Made by a program: the position numbers and the translations under genes | Assembly (NCBI GenBank): GCA_964351105.1 | Contig: CAYGMC010000003.1 | Location: 1 to 47,715 of the forward strand | Length of the DNA stretch: 47,715 nucleotides | Direction of reading: 5' to 3' | Origin: an uncultured Candidatus Saccharibacteria bacterium | GTDB taxonomy: Bacteria; Patescibacteriota; Minisyncoccia; Phycocordibacterales; UBA2100 | Shown: in pieces, positions 9,701 through 17,498 of the stretch | Layout of the letters: each line of letters starts with the position of its first letter | Position numbering within the stretch: position 1 is the first letter of the stretch | The notes under the pieces: generated by a model | The model's database searches: none | What the model saw: only the letters and a program-made list of their open reading frames with translations | Told to the model about the DNA's origin: nothing

Positions 9701-10307
9701 GAGCAAGCTCCGAGACGGGCTGGACGCCAGCAGAAATGCTGACACCGGCACCTGTCGGGGTTGTACCCGTTCCGGTTCCTGTACCAGTTCCGGTTCCCGT
9801 ACCAGTTCCTGTGCCAGTTGATGTACACATCGCGTTGGCTGCAGCGCGCGTACCTGCGAACCAGTTACCAGTACCGGTTGTGAGACCGACTGGTGTAAGA
9901 ATCGTAGCGGCGTTGGCGTTCTGGAATTTGATGACAGCCGCTTTAGTCGCGGGACCAAATGTCATCGTTTCATTACCCATACTGCCCGCGCCTGTCGCTG
10001 CGACAGTGAAGCCCTTGCTGTTAAGGAATTTCTGAATTTCCTTCACCTCAGCTCCCTTTGAGCCGACTTTCGCGTTCGTGGTGAAGGTGAAGCACGCACC
10101 ACCAGTAGTCATCGAGCCTGTGCCCGCTGTAGTACCAGTAGTACCGCCCATTGCTGCGATTTGTGCGAGCAATGCCGTAACCTGTGCATTGAGATCGGAA
10201 AGCTGATCAGCCTTCGCGGGTTGCGCGAATGCCAAAGAGAAACCGAGAATCAAAGCGGTGGTCACGAGCACTGTCGCAACATATTTTGTTGCTAAAGTTT
10301 TACTCAT
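6711..10307 (-). CDS. Giant (about 1198 aa) secreted surface protein with an N-terminal PG-binding domain, a (Thr-Gly)n linker and long Thr/Ser/Gly-rich beta-repeat region
   Basis: The ATG at 10307 gives the signal peptide MSKTLATKYVATVLVTTALILGFSLAFAQPAKA (the track start at 10415 is TTG). Then come LSDLNAQVTALLAQIAAMGG and GSKGAEVKEIQKFLNSKGF...FGPATKAAVIKFQNANA (PG_binding_1-like). A TGTGTG... linker follows, then about 950 aa of low-charge beta-rich sequence typical of S-layer/adhesin-like proteins. Confidence 0.8.
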   Translation of the reverse strand: MSKTLATKYVATVLVTTALILGFSLAFAQPAKADQLSDLNAQVTALLAQIAAMGGTTGTTAGTGSMTTGGACFTFTTNAKVGSKGAEVKEIQKFLNSKGFTVAATGAGSMGNETMTFGPATKAAVIKFQNANAATILTPVGLTTGTGNWFAGTRAAANAMCTSTGTGTGTGTGTGTGTGTGTTPTGAGVSISAGVQPVSELAPQGAARIPFTTFTLTNNSGAAVTVNGISVQRTGFANDAAFSGVVLIDSNGLQVGVSRTFDANHQATIGDTFTIGAGQSMTFTVAGNTAASLSSYAGQVASINVIGVNTSVPVAGSLPIVGASHTLNSTLTIGTATAALSSFDPNAAQTKNIGDTAVRFSGVRLTAGSAEDIKFFSIRWRLNGSVSPTDMANIVTVINGTSYPTVLSTDGRYLTSTVPGGLTILKGFSADVYVQGDLVGTNSASRIAEFDIDKVADLYIVGQTYMRGITPSVTTTGTISTASTHGTAMLGTNQPWFQGSTVSIQGGTLTTISKASEVAATNIAISVPNQSLGGFATNFIGEPVSVQTLVFDVATTSSACASNCLLTNVSLFDTKGTTAESDDSVVAGPVNATQGTSKQVLTFSNTVTFPTGRKVYAIKGTVGSGEATGQTYVVSTNPSSSSYWANVTGQNTGNTVSLSGAGSFNMNTMTVKGAALTLSLLPTPPAQTIVASGQDIVFAEIQLDANASGENVRINSIPLHIDQAYVAAGGTVTSMSACQLFDSTGQTLNYGSNIVNSFTSLNDATTTAATTYTKTFSLNNSLTIPKATAVKLVLKCTLSSATAGDSYRFKTYSGDTLTFTGETSGVSASATIVSSQAGRQTIASAGTITSGTGTHSPSYALVAGGANGVILGSVKFRPANEPVTLTHVGLTLGNGTYTGASGAQNVNSVGIYLSDLTTKVGDVSFASATTATSTLFSTVTLAKDVDTELYIKGNLAEVGTNPTGTPGDLVKVDVIDLQGTGLLSGQTVRGGNSSGLTTVAGVRLFKSYPARVQLQTQSSPTISNGSLLRFSIKAAADPISIQQLTFQFATSTQDLNYTAMTLYVYRDSGFSTYPTDAPSGLFNAATISGTSTASNLKFVASNATNGSVLIPGGETYYFELKGTMTGMSSTQTDSVTTRLLGDTAFSTLAATSSLDVAKNFVWSPNSTTTQPAYGSNDWTSGYGIDGLPASGISQTISE
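9765..9818 (-). repeat. Imperfect hexanucleotide repeat encoding (Thr-Gly)x9
   Basis: Minus strand ACTGGC ACAGGA ACTGGT ACGGGA ACCGGA ACTGGT ACAGGA ACCGGA ACGGGT. It forms the linker inside the giant surface protein. Confidence 0.8.
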
Positions 10308-10802
10308 AGTTTGTTTTGACCTTTGTATCTCCGTGTTGCCACAGAGACCGCACACATAATTCTTTCGACAGGAATATCTGTGCGTTTTGTGTGTCCAATC
10401 TAATTGATAAGACAACTGATAATTTTGCTAGCCCCTGATCTTCTTTACCTAATAAATTAAGGTAGATCAGTGGGGGTAGCGCAAGAGAAGTAATTGGGGT
10501 TCCAGTAATTTGCAGAACAACTCCAGAAAAATCGGAGATTCGGATTAAAAACGCTTACGCGTGCGCAATTCGCACGCGCAAGATTCCTCACAATACATTC
10601 ATGATTGAAGAGATGATATCTGAAGATGCGCACATCTTCAGTGTTGTTACAATATTATTTATGTCAACGAACAGCATAGAGCACGCGCAACGCGGCTCCG
10701 ATGTGATGGATCTGAATTACGATACATCAACGAAGCAATTATATACCGCACTCTCCGTGCGCACTATATGCTAATGCTCCGTGTTTTGTGGATAACTTGT
10801 GA

Positions 10803-10826
10803 GCAAAAACGGCTCCTTGCGGAGCT
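10803..10826 (-). terminator. Rho-independent terminator after the 10952-11722 gene
   Basis: Minus strand GCTCC-GCAA-GGAGC-C-GTTTTTGC. It shares the 14-mer GCAAAAACGGCTCC with the terminator at 2767-2780. Confidence 0.5.
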
Positions 10827-10951
10827 TTACTTGTCTCCCAAGTCCACACGGCACAATAGCCTACTACACATCGATAGTCAATCTAAGTTCCAGACCGTTC
10901 AGAAACCATCGTCTCGCAGGAATGCTTTGCTTCAAAAGGTATGTTATACAA

Positions 10952-11722
10952 TCAAATAGTAGATTTGGCAATTTCATAACGACTCCAGCGTTTCGCGCCT
11001 ATCCTCTTAATGAGTCCTTGTGATATAAGTAGAACAAGCTCTCTTTGGATCGACTTCTCACTATATTCCGGTAGATGTGCCGCTATATCGCGAATATTCA
11101 AATTTCCATTACGCTTTAGAATATCCAGAATACTCATGCTTCGCGACGTTACACCGATGAGAGGAGAATCTGCCCCGCCTGTCGCGTGCATGTCCTTTAT
11201 GAGTAATCTGTCCTTTATGTTGGATATGTCTTTTATGTCCTTTATATGTCCTTTATAACTATGAGACTCTCCCAATATATCTTCCTTAGAGAGATTGAAA
11301 CTTTCGGACAAGTTACTTTTTTGAGCCATGTTCATAAAATTCCCCAATTCATCGATAGCGCTTGATATTATTTCGGCATTTTGCTGTGATATGAAACCTC
11401 CGAAAACCAGGATTTTTACTTGAGATATGAGGCGACGGACGATGCTGTAAAAATTCGATACTTCGATTGAACTTATTGCGCGCATTTGATCACGCATACG
11501 AAGAACAGCTGGGAGTAGAGACATTGCAATTCCTCTTGTTTCGTTTCGAATAGATTCCTCTTGGGCAATGTGATTTGTAAGGAGAAAAATCGCCGCAACC
11601 AAGCGCTCTGACTTTCGATACACCTTTTCTGCCGACCGGTTGGACCCAAATGGGTTTGTCTTTACGTCCACATCCAGAAACTTCGAGAAAGACTTGGCTT
11701 GAATGTCCTTTATTTCGTCCAT
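10952..11722 (-). CDS. Hypothetical DNA-binding protein with C-terminal winged HTH and an internal IKD-rich repeat
   Basis: 256 aa. The C-terminus SILDILKRNGNLNIRDIAAHLPEYSEKSIQRELVLLISQGLIKRIGAKRWSRYE is DeoR/MarR-type wHTH-like. The central low-complexity stretch is KGHIKDIKDISNIKDRLLIKDM. Confidence 0.6.
   Translation of the reverse strand: MDEIKDIQAKSFSKFLDVDVKTNPFGSNRSAEKVYRKSERLVAAIFLLTNHIAQEESIRNETRGIAMSLLPAVLRMRDQMRAISSIEVSNFYSIVRRLISQVKILVFGGFISQQNAEIISSAIDELGNFMNMAQKSNLSESFNLSKEDILGESHSYKGHIKDIKDISNIKDRLLIKDMHATGGADSPLIGVTSRSMSILDILKRNGNLNIRDIAAHLPEYSEKSIQRELVLLISQGLIKRIGAKRWSRYEIAKSTI
11192..11256 (-). repeat. Five direct copies of (AT)GTC[CT]TTTAT (coding-strand ATAAAGGAC)
   Basis: Copies at 11192, 11210, 11228 (variant), 11237 and 11248, all inside the wHTH gene. 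Confidence 0.75.
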
Positions 11723-11768
11723 GATATGTCCGTAATATGTCTTTTAAATTTATCAAGCCGTCCTTTAC
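11705..11768 (-). repeat. Four further copies/variants of the same motif around and upstream of the wHTH gene start codon
   Basis: GTCCTTTAT at 11705 (codons 4-6). Variants GTCCGTAAT at 11728, GTCTTTTAA at 11739 and GTCCTTTAC at 11760 lie in non-coding DNA. An in-frame TAA lies 8 codons upstream of the ATG. Confidence 0.6.
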
Positions 11769-11866
11769 GTGGATTATAGTCACTGTGTCCTAAAACAGCA
11801 AACTGGCGCTGGTGCGTAGAAACAGATGCGCTCTAACGTCAAGCACTCACATGGTATGATTGCACA

Positions 11867-14143
11867 ATGGTATCGAGCGATCTGAAAAAAAACAGACAGA
11901 GAAGAAAATCGGACACTGAGAGTGACCTTCCACGCGTACGTTCGATCTCCAACGAAGCCATACGGGGAGTTGGTGCCATTTTCTTTTTCGCTATTGCAGG
12001 TTTTTTGCTGCTCGCTTTAGGAGGGGGGGGAGGGGCCATTGGAACGTTTGCATACGATACTTTGTCGCAATTACTCGGTATAGGATATCTCCTCCTCCCG
12101 CTCTCGTGCATATTTTTGGGAGTAATTGTGTTTCGCTCTTTTGAAAAGAAGTTCGGTTGGATACAGGTTGTAAGTGTGATTATCTTTCTCCTGGCCGCGC
12201 TCGGTCTTATTAACTTGGCATTTCGCGGACACGGGGGGCTATTGGGAGCAATCGTATCGAACCCTCTTATAGTCGCGCTTGATGTAACAGCTACAGCGAT
12301 TTTTTTGATTGCATTTACTGTAGCCGCGCTCGTTATCGCTTTTGATATCCACCTCGGAGCGGTCTTCGACGTGATAGCGGGAAAGATACGAGCATGGCGT
12401 ACCCCGCGAGAAAGTACTTCCGATCTGGACGATGTTGCCGTGGTAGGTTTGCCTGAAGAGGAATCCGAAGACGAGGACGCGAATGAGGACACGCCAGAGA
12501 ATGTAGAAGAAGATGTGGATGCACCAAAACCCGAACCCCAAGTCCGCACCTTTATGTCCGAAAATGGCGAAGGAGGCTTCCCCATCATTGCCGCCTCGGC
12601 AGAGGCTTACGAGCCACCGCCCGTATCCATTCTTGCAAAAAATAAAGGCAAACCAGAAGTTGGCGATGTAAAAGCCAACATGAATATCATAAAACGTACG
12701 CTCCAAAACTTCGGCATACAGGTCGAGATGGACGAGGCATCCATTGGCCCGACAGTGACACGCTATGCAATGAAACCTGCCGAGGGTGTACGGCTCTCAA
12801 AGATTGTCGCTCTACAGAGCAATCTCGAGCTCGCGCTCGCGGCATCCCCCGTGCGCATTGAGGCACCGATACCGGGCAAGTCGCTCGTCGGCATCGAGGT
12901 TCCAAATATCGCGCGTACTACACTTGGTCTCGCGCCTTTGGTGAGCGACGAGGGTTTTGCAGGTTCTGACCGTCCACTTTTGCTCTCATTGGGTCGTTCG
13001 ATCACCGGACAAGCGCACTTTGCTGACCTTTCACGCATGCCCCACATGCTTGTCGCGGGAACGACGGGTGCAGGTAAGTCCGTCACCATTCATGGCTTCG
13101 TTGTATCTTTGCTCTATCGATGTGGACCTGAACGACTTCGCTTCATCATGGTCGATCCAAAGCGGGTCGAGCTCACACTCTATAATTCTATTCCCCATCT
13201 CCTCACGCCAGTAATTACTGATGCGAAAAAAGCAATTCTCGCACTCAAATGGCTCGCAAAAGAAATGGAACGACGATACAATATTCTCGAAGCAGAGCAG
13301 GTGCGCGACATTTCCTCGTACCATGACAATGTTGTGGCCCCATCAGTCGCAAAAGCAAAAGAGGGTCAGCCGGCTCCCCTCGGCAAAAACGGCGGTCCCG
13401 TGGAGGCAATGCCGTACATTGTCCTCATTATCGACGAATTGGCCGACATCATGACCGCCTACCCGCGAGAATTGGAGGCGGGTATCGTGCGTTTGGCTCA
13501 AATGAGCCGCGCAGTGGGTATTCACCTTATTCTCTCCACTCAGCGCCCGAGCGTGAAAGTCATTACGGGCCTTATCAAAGCAAACATTCCAGCGCGTGTC
13601 GCGCTTCAAGTCGCATCCCAGATAGATTCGCGCACTATTCTTGATATGGGGGGCGCCGAAAAACTGCTCGGTTCTGGAGATATGCTCTTTCTCTCGGGAG
13701 AAATGTCCAAACCGCGACGCATTCAAGCGGCATACATTTCGGAAAGTGAGGTGAAAAAAGTCGTCGCGCATGTGGCAAAACACGGCGAAGGCAAGCTCAC
13801 AAACGAGATCGACTTCGAAAGCGCCGGAAAGATCGGGAGCGGCACAGATTCTGTCTTCTCGTCGATGTCGAATGGCGGGGATGAAGAAGACGACGAACTG
13901 TACGCCGATGCAAAACAAACAATCGTCGAAGCCGGCAAAGCATCGACATCGTACTTGCAACGTAAGCTCGGCGTGGGCTATGCGCGCGCAGCGCGCCTTA
14001 TGGACTTGCTGGAAGAGCGCGGTGTTATCGGACCGTCTGATGGTGCCAAACCACGGGAAGTGATCGGCGCCGGCAACGCCGACGAACTCGCCCGCGCGCC
14101 AAAGGAGAAGGAGGACGAAGAAAAATCCGTGTTTGACTCTTGA
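11867..14143 (+). CDS. ftsK: DNA translocase FtsK/SpoIIIE
   Basis: N-terminal TM helices and an acidic linker. Motor domain with Walker A VAGTTGAGKSV and LIIDELADIM. C-terminal gamma wHTH ASTSYLQRKLGVGYARAARLMDLLEERGVIG. Confidence 0.95.
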   Translation: MVSSDLKKNRQRRKSDTESDLPRVRSISNEAIRGVGAIFFFAIAGFLLLALGGGGGAIGTFAYDTLSQLLGIGYLLLPLSCIFLGVIVFRSFEKKFGWIQVVSVIIFLLAALGLINLAFRGHGGLLGAIVSNPLIVALDVTATAIFLIAFTVAALVIAFDIHLGAVFDVIAGKIRAWRTPRESTSDLDDVAVVGLPEEESEDEDANEDTPENVEEDVDAPKPEPQVRTFMSENGEGGFPIIAASAEAYEPPPVSILAKNKGKPEVGDVKANMNIIKRTLQNFGIQVEMDEASIGPTVTRYAMKPAEGVRLSKIVALQSNLELALAASPVRIEAPIPGKSLVGIEVPNIARTTLGLAPLVSDEGFAGSDRPLLLSLGRSITGQAHFADLSRMPHMLVAGTTGAGKSVTIHGFVVSLLYRCGPERLRFIMVDPKRVELTLYNSIPHLLTPVITDAKKAILALKWLAKEMERRYNILEAEQVRDISSYHDNVVAPSVAKAKEGQPAPLGKNGGPVEAMPYIVLIIDELADIMTAYPRELEAGIVRLAQMSRAVGIHLILSTQRPSVKVITGLIKANIPARVALQVASQIDSRTILDMGGAEKLLGSGDMLFLSGEMSKPRRIQAAYISESEVKKVVAHVAKHGEGKLTNEIDFESAGKIGSGTDSVFSSMSNGGDEEDDELYADAKQTIVEAGKASTSYLQRKLGVGYARAARLMDLLEERGVIGPSDGAKPREVIGAGNADELARAPKEKEDEEKSVFDS

Positions 14144-14144
14144 T

Positions 14145-14582
14145 ATGCTCCCCTATCGCGACTCACGATTTACAACTTTGGCACTTATCGTTTTCTTTGT
14201 ACTTGTGGCAGGCTACGGCATATTCGAGGCTCGTGGATTACTCTTCGGTCCTACCATCAACGTCTCCGGCCAAACAGCCACTGTGCAAGATCCATACGTC
14301 GTTATTCAGGGTCGCGCAGATCGGATCTCATCACTTTCAATGAATGGAAACCCTGTGCAAGTGACCGAGACGGGGGTCTTCGCCCAACCATATCTCCTTG
14401 CCGCAGGCTCAAACAAAATCATTCTCGATGCGACCGATCAATATGGGCGGGAACGCTCTCGTGTGATCGAAATCATGTACACGCCGAGATTAAGCGCAAC
14501 ATCTTCCGCAATCATTGCCCCACAAGAGACCCTTGTCTCGTCTACCTCCTCTTCCACAGCGGGGGTGGCGCCGATGCAGTGA
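14145..14582 (+). CDS. Hypothetical membrane-anchored protein with an Ig-like beta domain
   Basis: The ATG lies 1 nt after the ftsK stop (the track start at 14133 is TTG). One TM (TTLALIVFFVLVAGYGIF), then a beta-rich domain. No family recognised. Confidence 0.5.
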   Translation: MLPYRDSRFTTLALIVFFVLVAGYGIFEARGLLFGPTINVSGQTATVQDPYVVIQGRADRISSLSMNGNPVQVTETGVFAQPYLLAAGSNKIILDATDQYGRERSRVIEIMYTPRLSATSSAIIAPQETLVSSTSSSTAGVAPMQ

Positions 14583-14600
14583 ACCGTTATACTGCCCCCT

Positions 14601-15674
14601 ATGACAGGCTTCGGAAAAAAGAAAGAAAAAGCACCTCCAAAGGAAACGGGCAAAGGTACTGATGCCGATATAGAGCGAGCGCTCTCACAAATAAAAACCA
14701 AGTTCGGCGATGAATCTATAATGAAACTCGGTGACGCGCCCAAAGTAGATGTGGACGCTATTTCTACCGGCTCTATCGGTGTCGACTGGGCACTCGGCAT
14801 CGGCGGATTGCCGCGAGGTCGCATTATTGAGATTTTTGGCCCCGAATCGTCTGGAAAAACAACGCTCTCTCTCCACGCGATCGCCGAAGCGCAAAAAAAA
14901 GGCGGCGTGTGCGCTTTTATCGATGCCGAACATGCCCTTGATCCCGAATACGCAAAAAAACTCGGCGTAAAGATAGATGATCTACTCGTATCTCAGCCAG
15001 ATACAGGCGAGCAGGCTCTTGAGATCGTTGAATCGTTGGTGCGAAGCGGCAAGATTGATGTCATTGTCATAGACTCCGTTGCCGCACTCACCCCCAAAGA
15101 CGAGATAGAGGGCGACATGGGCGCACAGCACGTCGGCAAGCAAGCACGGCTCATGAGCCAAGCACTCCGCAAACTGACCGCGATTTGTTCGAAAACAAAA
15201 ACCGTTGTCATCTTCATCAATCAGATCCGTATGCAAATTGGTGTGATGTTTGGTAATCCCGAAACAACCCCCGGCGGCAAAGCACTCAAATTTTATACAA
15301 GCGTACGACTCGATATTCGTCGCATCGCACAGATCAAAAAAGGCGATGAAACAATGGGAGGTAGGCATCGTGTGAAGGTCGTCAAGAACAAAGTCGCCGC
15401 TCCGTTTCGCCAAAGTGAGTTCGACATGCTCTACGGAGAAGGTATTTCAAAAGAGGGTGAAGCACTCGCGCTCGGCGAAAAATTTGGCTTGGTAGCGAAA
15501 TCTTCTGGAGGAGCGTACTCAATTGGAGAAACCAAGATGGGTCGTGGTTACGACGCGGCGCGCACCTATCTCAAAGAGAACAAACCGATACTGAATCAAC
15601 TTTTGAAAGACATTAAGAAGAATCTTAACGAAGGAGGTGTGTTGGCAAAGAGTTCAGCGAACAACGAAGAGTAA
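14601..15674 (+). CDS. recA: Recombinase RecA
   Basis: [19 protein letters not shown], Walker [20 protein letters not shown] and [28 protein letters not shown] are diagnostic. Confidence 0.97.
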   Translation: MTGFGKKKEKAPPKETGKGTDADIERALSQIKTKFGDESIMKLGDAPKVDVDAISTGSIGVDWALGIGGLPRGRIIEIFGPESSGKTTLSLHAIAEAQKKGGVCAFIDAEHALDPEYAKKLGVKIDDLLVSQPDTGEQALEIVESLVRSGKIDVIVIDSVAALTPKDEIEGDMGAQHVGKQARLMSQALRKLTAICSKTKTVVIFINQIRMQIGVMFGNPETTPGGKALKFYTSVRLDIRRIAQIKKGDETMGGRHRVKVVKNKVAAPFRQSEFDMLYGEGISKEGEALALGEKFGLVAKSSGGAYSIGETKMGRGYDAARTYLKENKPILNQLLKDIKKNLNEGGVLAKSSANNEE

Positions 15675-15680
15675 AAGAAA

Positions 15681-15708
15681 CCGCCGGACCCACGAGGGAG
15701 TCCGGCGG
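15681..15708. terminator. Hairpin between convergent recA and the 15732 gene
   Basis: CCGCCGGAC-10 nt-GTCCGGCGG. On the minus strand it is followed by TTTCTTTT; on the plus strand there is no U-run. Confidence 0.55.
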
Positions 15709-15731
15709 TGCGTCATTAGTTGTCCGCCCTC

Positions 15732-16805
15732 TCAAGTAAAGCGGCGGATGGCAAACGCAAGTGGTGCGCGTACAGGCCACGTGACAAATCGTACGAACCG
15801 TACGAATGACAATGCAGCCAACGTGCAGAAGAGCAAGAGGACCACGAAAGTGGCAAATATGCCCACTTCGCGCGGCACTCCGAGCTGTTCACCCACCCAT
15901 CCGACCGCGATGGCCAGTTGGTCGGGCTGAGTAACGGCCACGTAGAGGAAGGCAAACGACGCTATGATAGCCGCCTTTTTCCCTCCCCCGATCGTAACTT
16001 TGCCGGCGATTTTCGTCAGCGTCCATACTTTGTTGAGCTTGGACGCCGTCGAAACAGTCTTGGCACCTTTGAACAAGGCACCAACACCGCCGGCAATAGC
16101 CACTTCGAGTGCCGCACGTCCGACCTCATTGAGCGTCGGAGAGCGCTCTCGTCTCACAAGAATTTTCTCGAGATGCGACGCTTCCCCAAAGAGGAGGTGC
16201 AGGGTCTCGAAAACAATCCTTGTTGCGGCGCGTGATTTGGCAACGCCGTCGACAATCTCAAATGCGGCAAGGACGGTATATCCGCGCCGATTGATTTCGT
16301 CGATGGCGATGAGGCCAAAGTGATACGGAGTGAGCTCCGGCACTTCTTGCCTTTGCTGACCCGTCCACCGAGCCTTGAGTCTGCTCCATGCCTCTGTCAA
16401 AGCATGGGCAGCCTTCACGTCGCGCGCGCCGTTTTGCCGGAAATACTCCACGACCGGCAGCGCGTCTGGCCTGAAGCGAGAGAGTAGCTCCCCCAAGCCT
16501 CGTCTGGAATCCTCTTCACCGCCATAAGTAGTGAGGAGATCCTTCGTAAGCTGAGGGTATCTCAACATCGCGTCGACCACGGACAAGCCATGTTCGGCAC
16601 ACAATGCCAAGACATCAAGATCCCCTGTTTGGGCAATCTCGGCAGACACAGGGCATTTTGCCCCCTCGCCTCGCGCCGCCGTATGAAAGCCGGAACGAAA
16701 CGATATCTCCTCGAATGGCCGCCTGTCGGTCATAAGGGTAAGCACCCCAGCCCCGACAAGCACGACGACCACACGAAGCAGCCACTTGGTGAGAGCTTGC
16801 ACCAT
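15732..16805 (-). CDS. Hypothetical membrane protein (G+C-rich orphan)
   Basis: 357 aa with an N-terminal TM, a long helical soluble middle and 2-3 C-terminal TMs. My hand count is about 58% G+C against about 46-48% in the neighbours. No family recognised. Confidence 0.55.
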   Translation of the reverse strand: MVQALTKWLLRVVVVLVGAGVLTLMTDRRPFEEISFRSGFHTAARGEGAKCPVSAEIAQTGDLDVLALCAEHGLSVVDAMLRYPQLTKDLLTTYGGEEDSRRGLGELLSRFRPDALPVVEYFRQNGARDVKAAHALTEAWSRLKARWTGQQRQEVPELTPYHFGLIAIDEINRRGYTVLAAFEIVDGVAKSRAATRIVFETLHLLFGEASHLEKILVRRERSPTLNEVGRAALEVAIAGGVGALFKGAKTVSTASKLNKVWTLTKIAGKVTIGGGKKAAIIASFAFLYVAVTQPDQLAIAVGWVGEQLGVPREVGIFATFVVLLLFCTLAALSFVRFVRFVTWPVRAPLAFAIRRFT

Positions 16806-16901
16806 TTGTTGTTCCTTTCATTCTGCTCTAGCGCAATTATATCATACTTACTGCTCTAGGTCAATGCAGACAAAACGGCTTATTTCCTCTACTATACCGC
16901 G

Positions 16902-17468
16902 ATGGCAATGCTTGCATACAATGAAGTACTCCCGAAAAAACTTATTATCGTCGAGGGAGAGCCGTACGAGGTGCTCTCGGCATGGATATTCCGCAAGCAA
17001 CAGCGCAAGCCGGTCAATCAGACCAAACTACGCAATCTAAAGACCGGATCGCAAACCGAAGTTACATTTCACCAACCCGATAAAATAGAAGAAGCAGAAG
17101 TAGAAACTAAGCCAGCGAAATTTATTTATGCACGAAATGGTGAGTGGTTCTTTCACGAAATCGACAATCCATCCAATCGATTTACCATTCCCGAAGAAAT
17201 GGTGGGAGATGCGGGCAAATATCTCACGAGCAACACCGACGTCGATGTGCGTTGGTTTGAAGGCGATCCAATCCAAGTAAAAATTCCGATTAAAATGGAT
17301 TTGAAAGTAAAAGAGGCGCCGCCAAACACGCGCGGCAACACGGCGCAAGGAGGCAACAAAGTAGTAACGCTCGAAACAGGCGCCTCGCTCAATGTGCCGA
17401 TGTTTATCGAAGCAGGAGACGTGGTGCGTATCAACACCGAAACGGGCGAGTACACGGAGCGATTGTAA
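16902..17468 (+). CDS. efp: Translation elongation factor P
   Basis: 188 aa. TKLRNLKTG, three-domain length and the C-terminal GGNKVVTLETGASLNVPMFIEAGDVVRINTETGEYTERL match EF-P. The loop preceding TKLRNL is non-canonical (see findings). Confidence 0.9.
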   Translation: MAMLAYNEVLPKKLIIVEGEPYEVLSAWIFRKQQRKPVNQTKLRNLKTGSQTEVTFHQPDKIEEAEVETKPAKFIYARNGEWFFHEIDNPSNRFTIPEEMVGDAGKYLTSNTDVDVRWFEGDPIQVKIPIKMDLKVKEAPPNTRGNTAQGGNKVVTLETGASLNVPMFIEAGDVVRINTETGEYTERL

Positions 17469-17498
17469 AGAAAAATCTTGTAGGTATTTTTTTATTTT

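Noticed and set aside
10787-10795. A perfect DnaA box (TGTGGATAA) in the long intergenic region, raising the possibility of oriC.
   Set aside because: It is a single box, and one 9-mer is expected by chance at about 0.3-0.4 per window. There is no box cluster, no dnaA/dnaN nearby and no clear DUE. It is insufficient to call an origin.
12023-12030. A G8 homopolymer (followed by AGGGG) in the 5' part of ftsK, as a potential phase-variation tract.
   Set aside because: It encodes a Gly run in the membrane/linker region of an essential gene. There is no evidence of heterogeneity, so it is most likely just poly-Gly coding.
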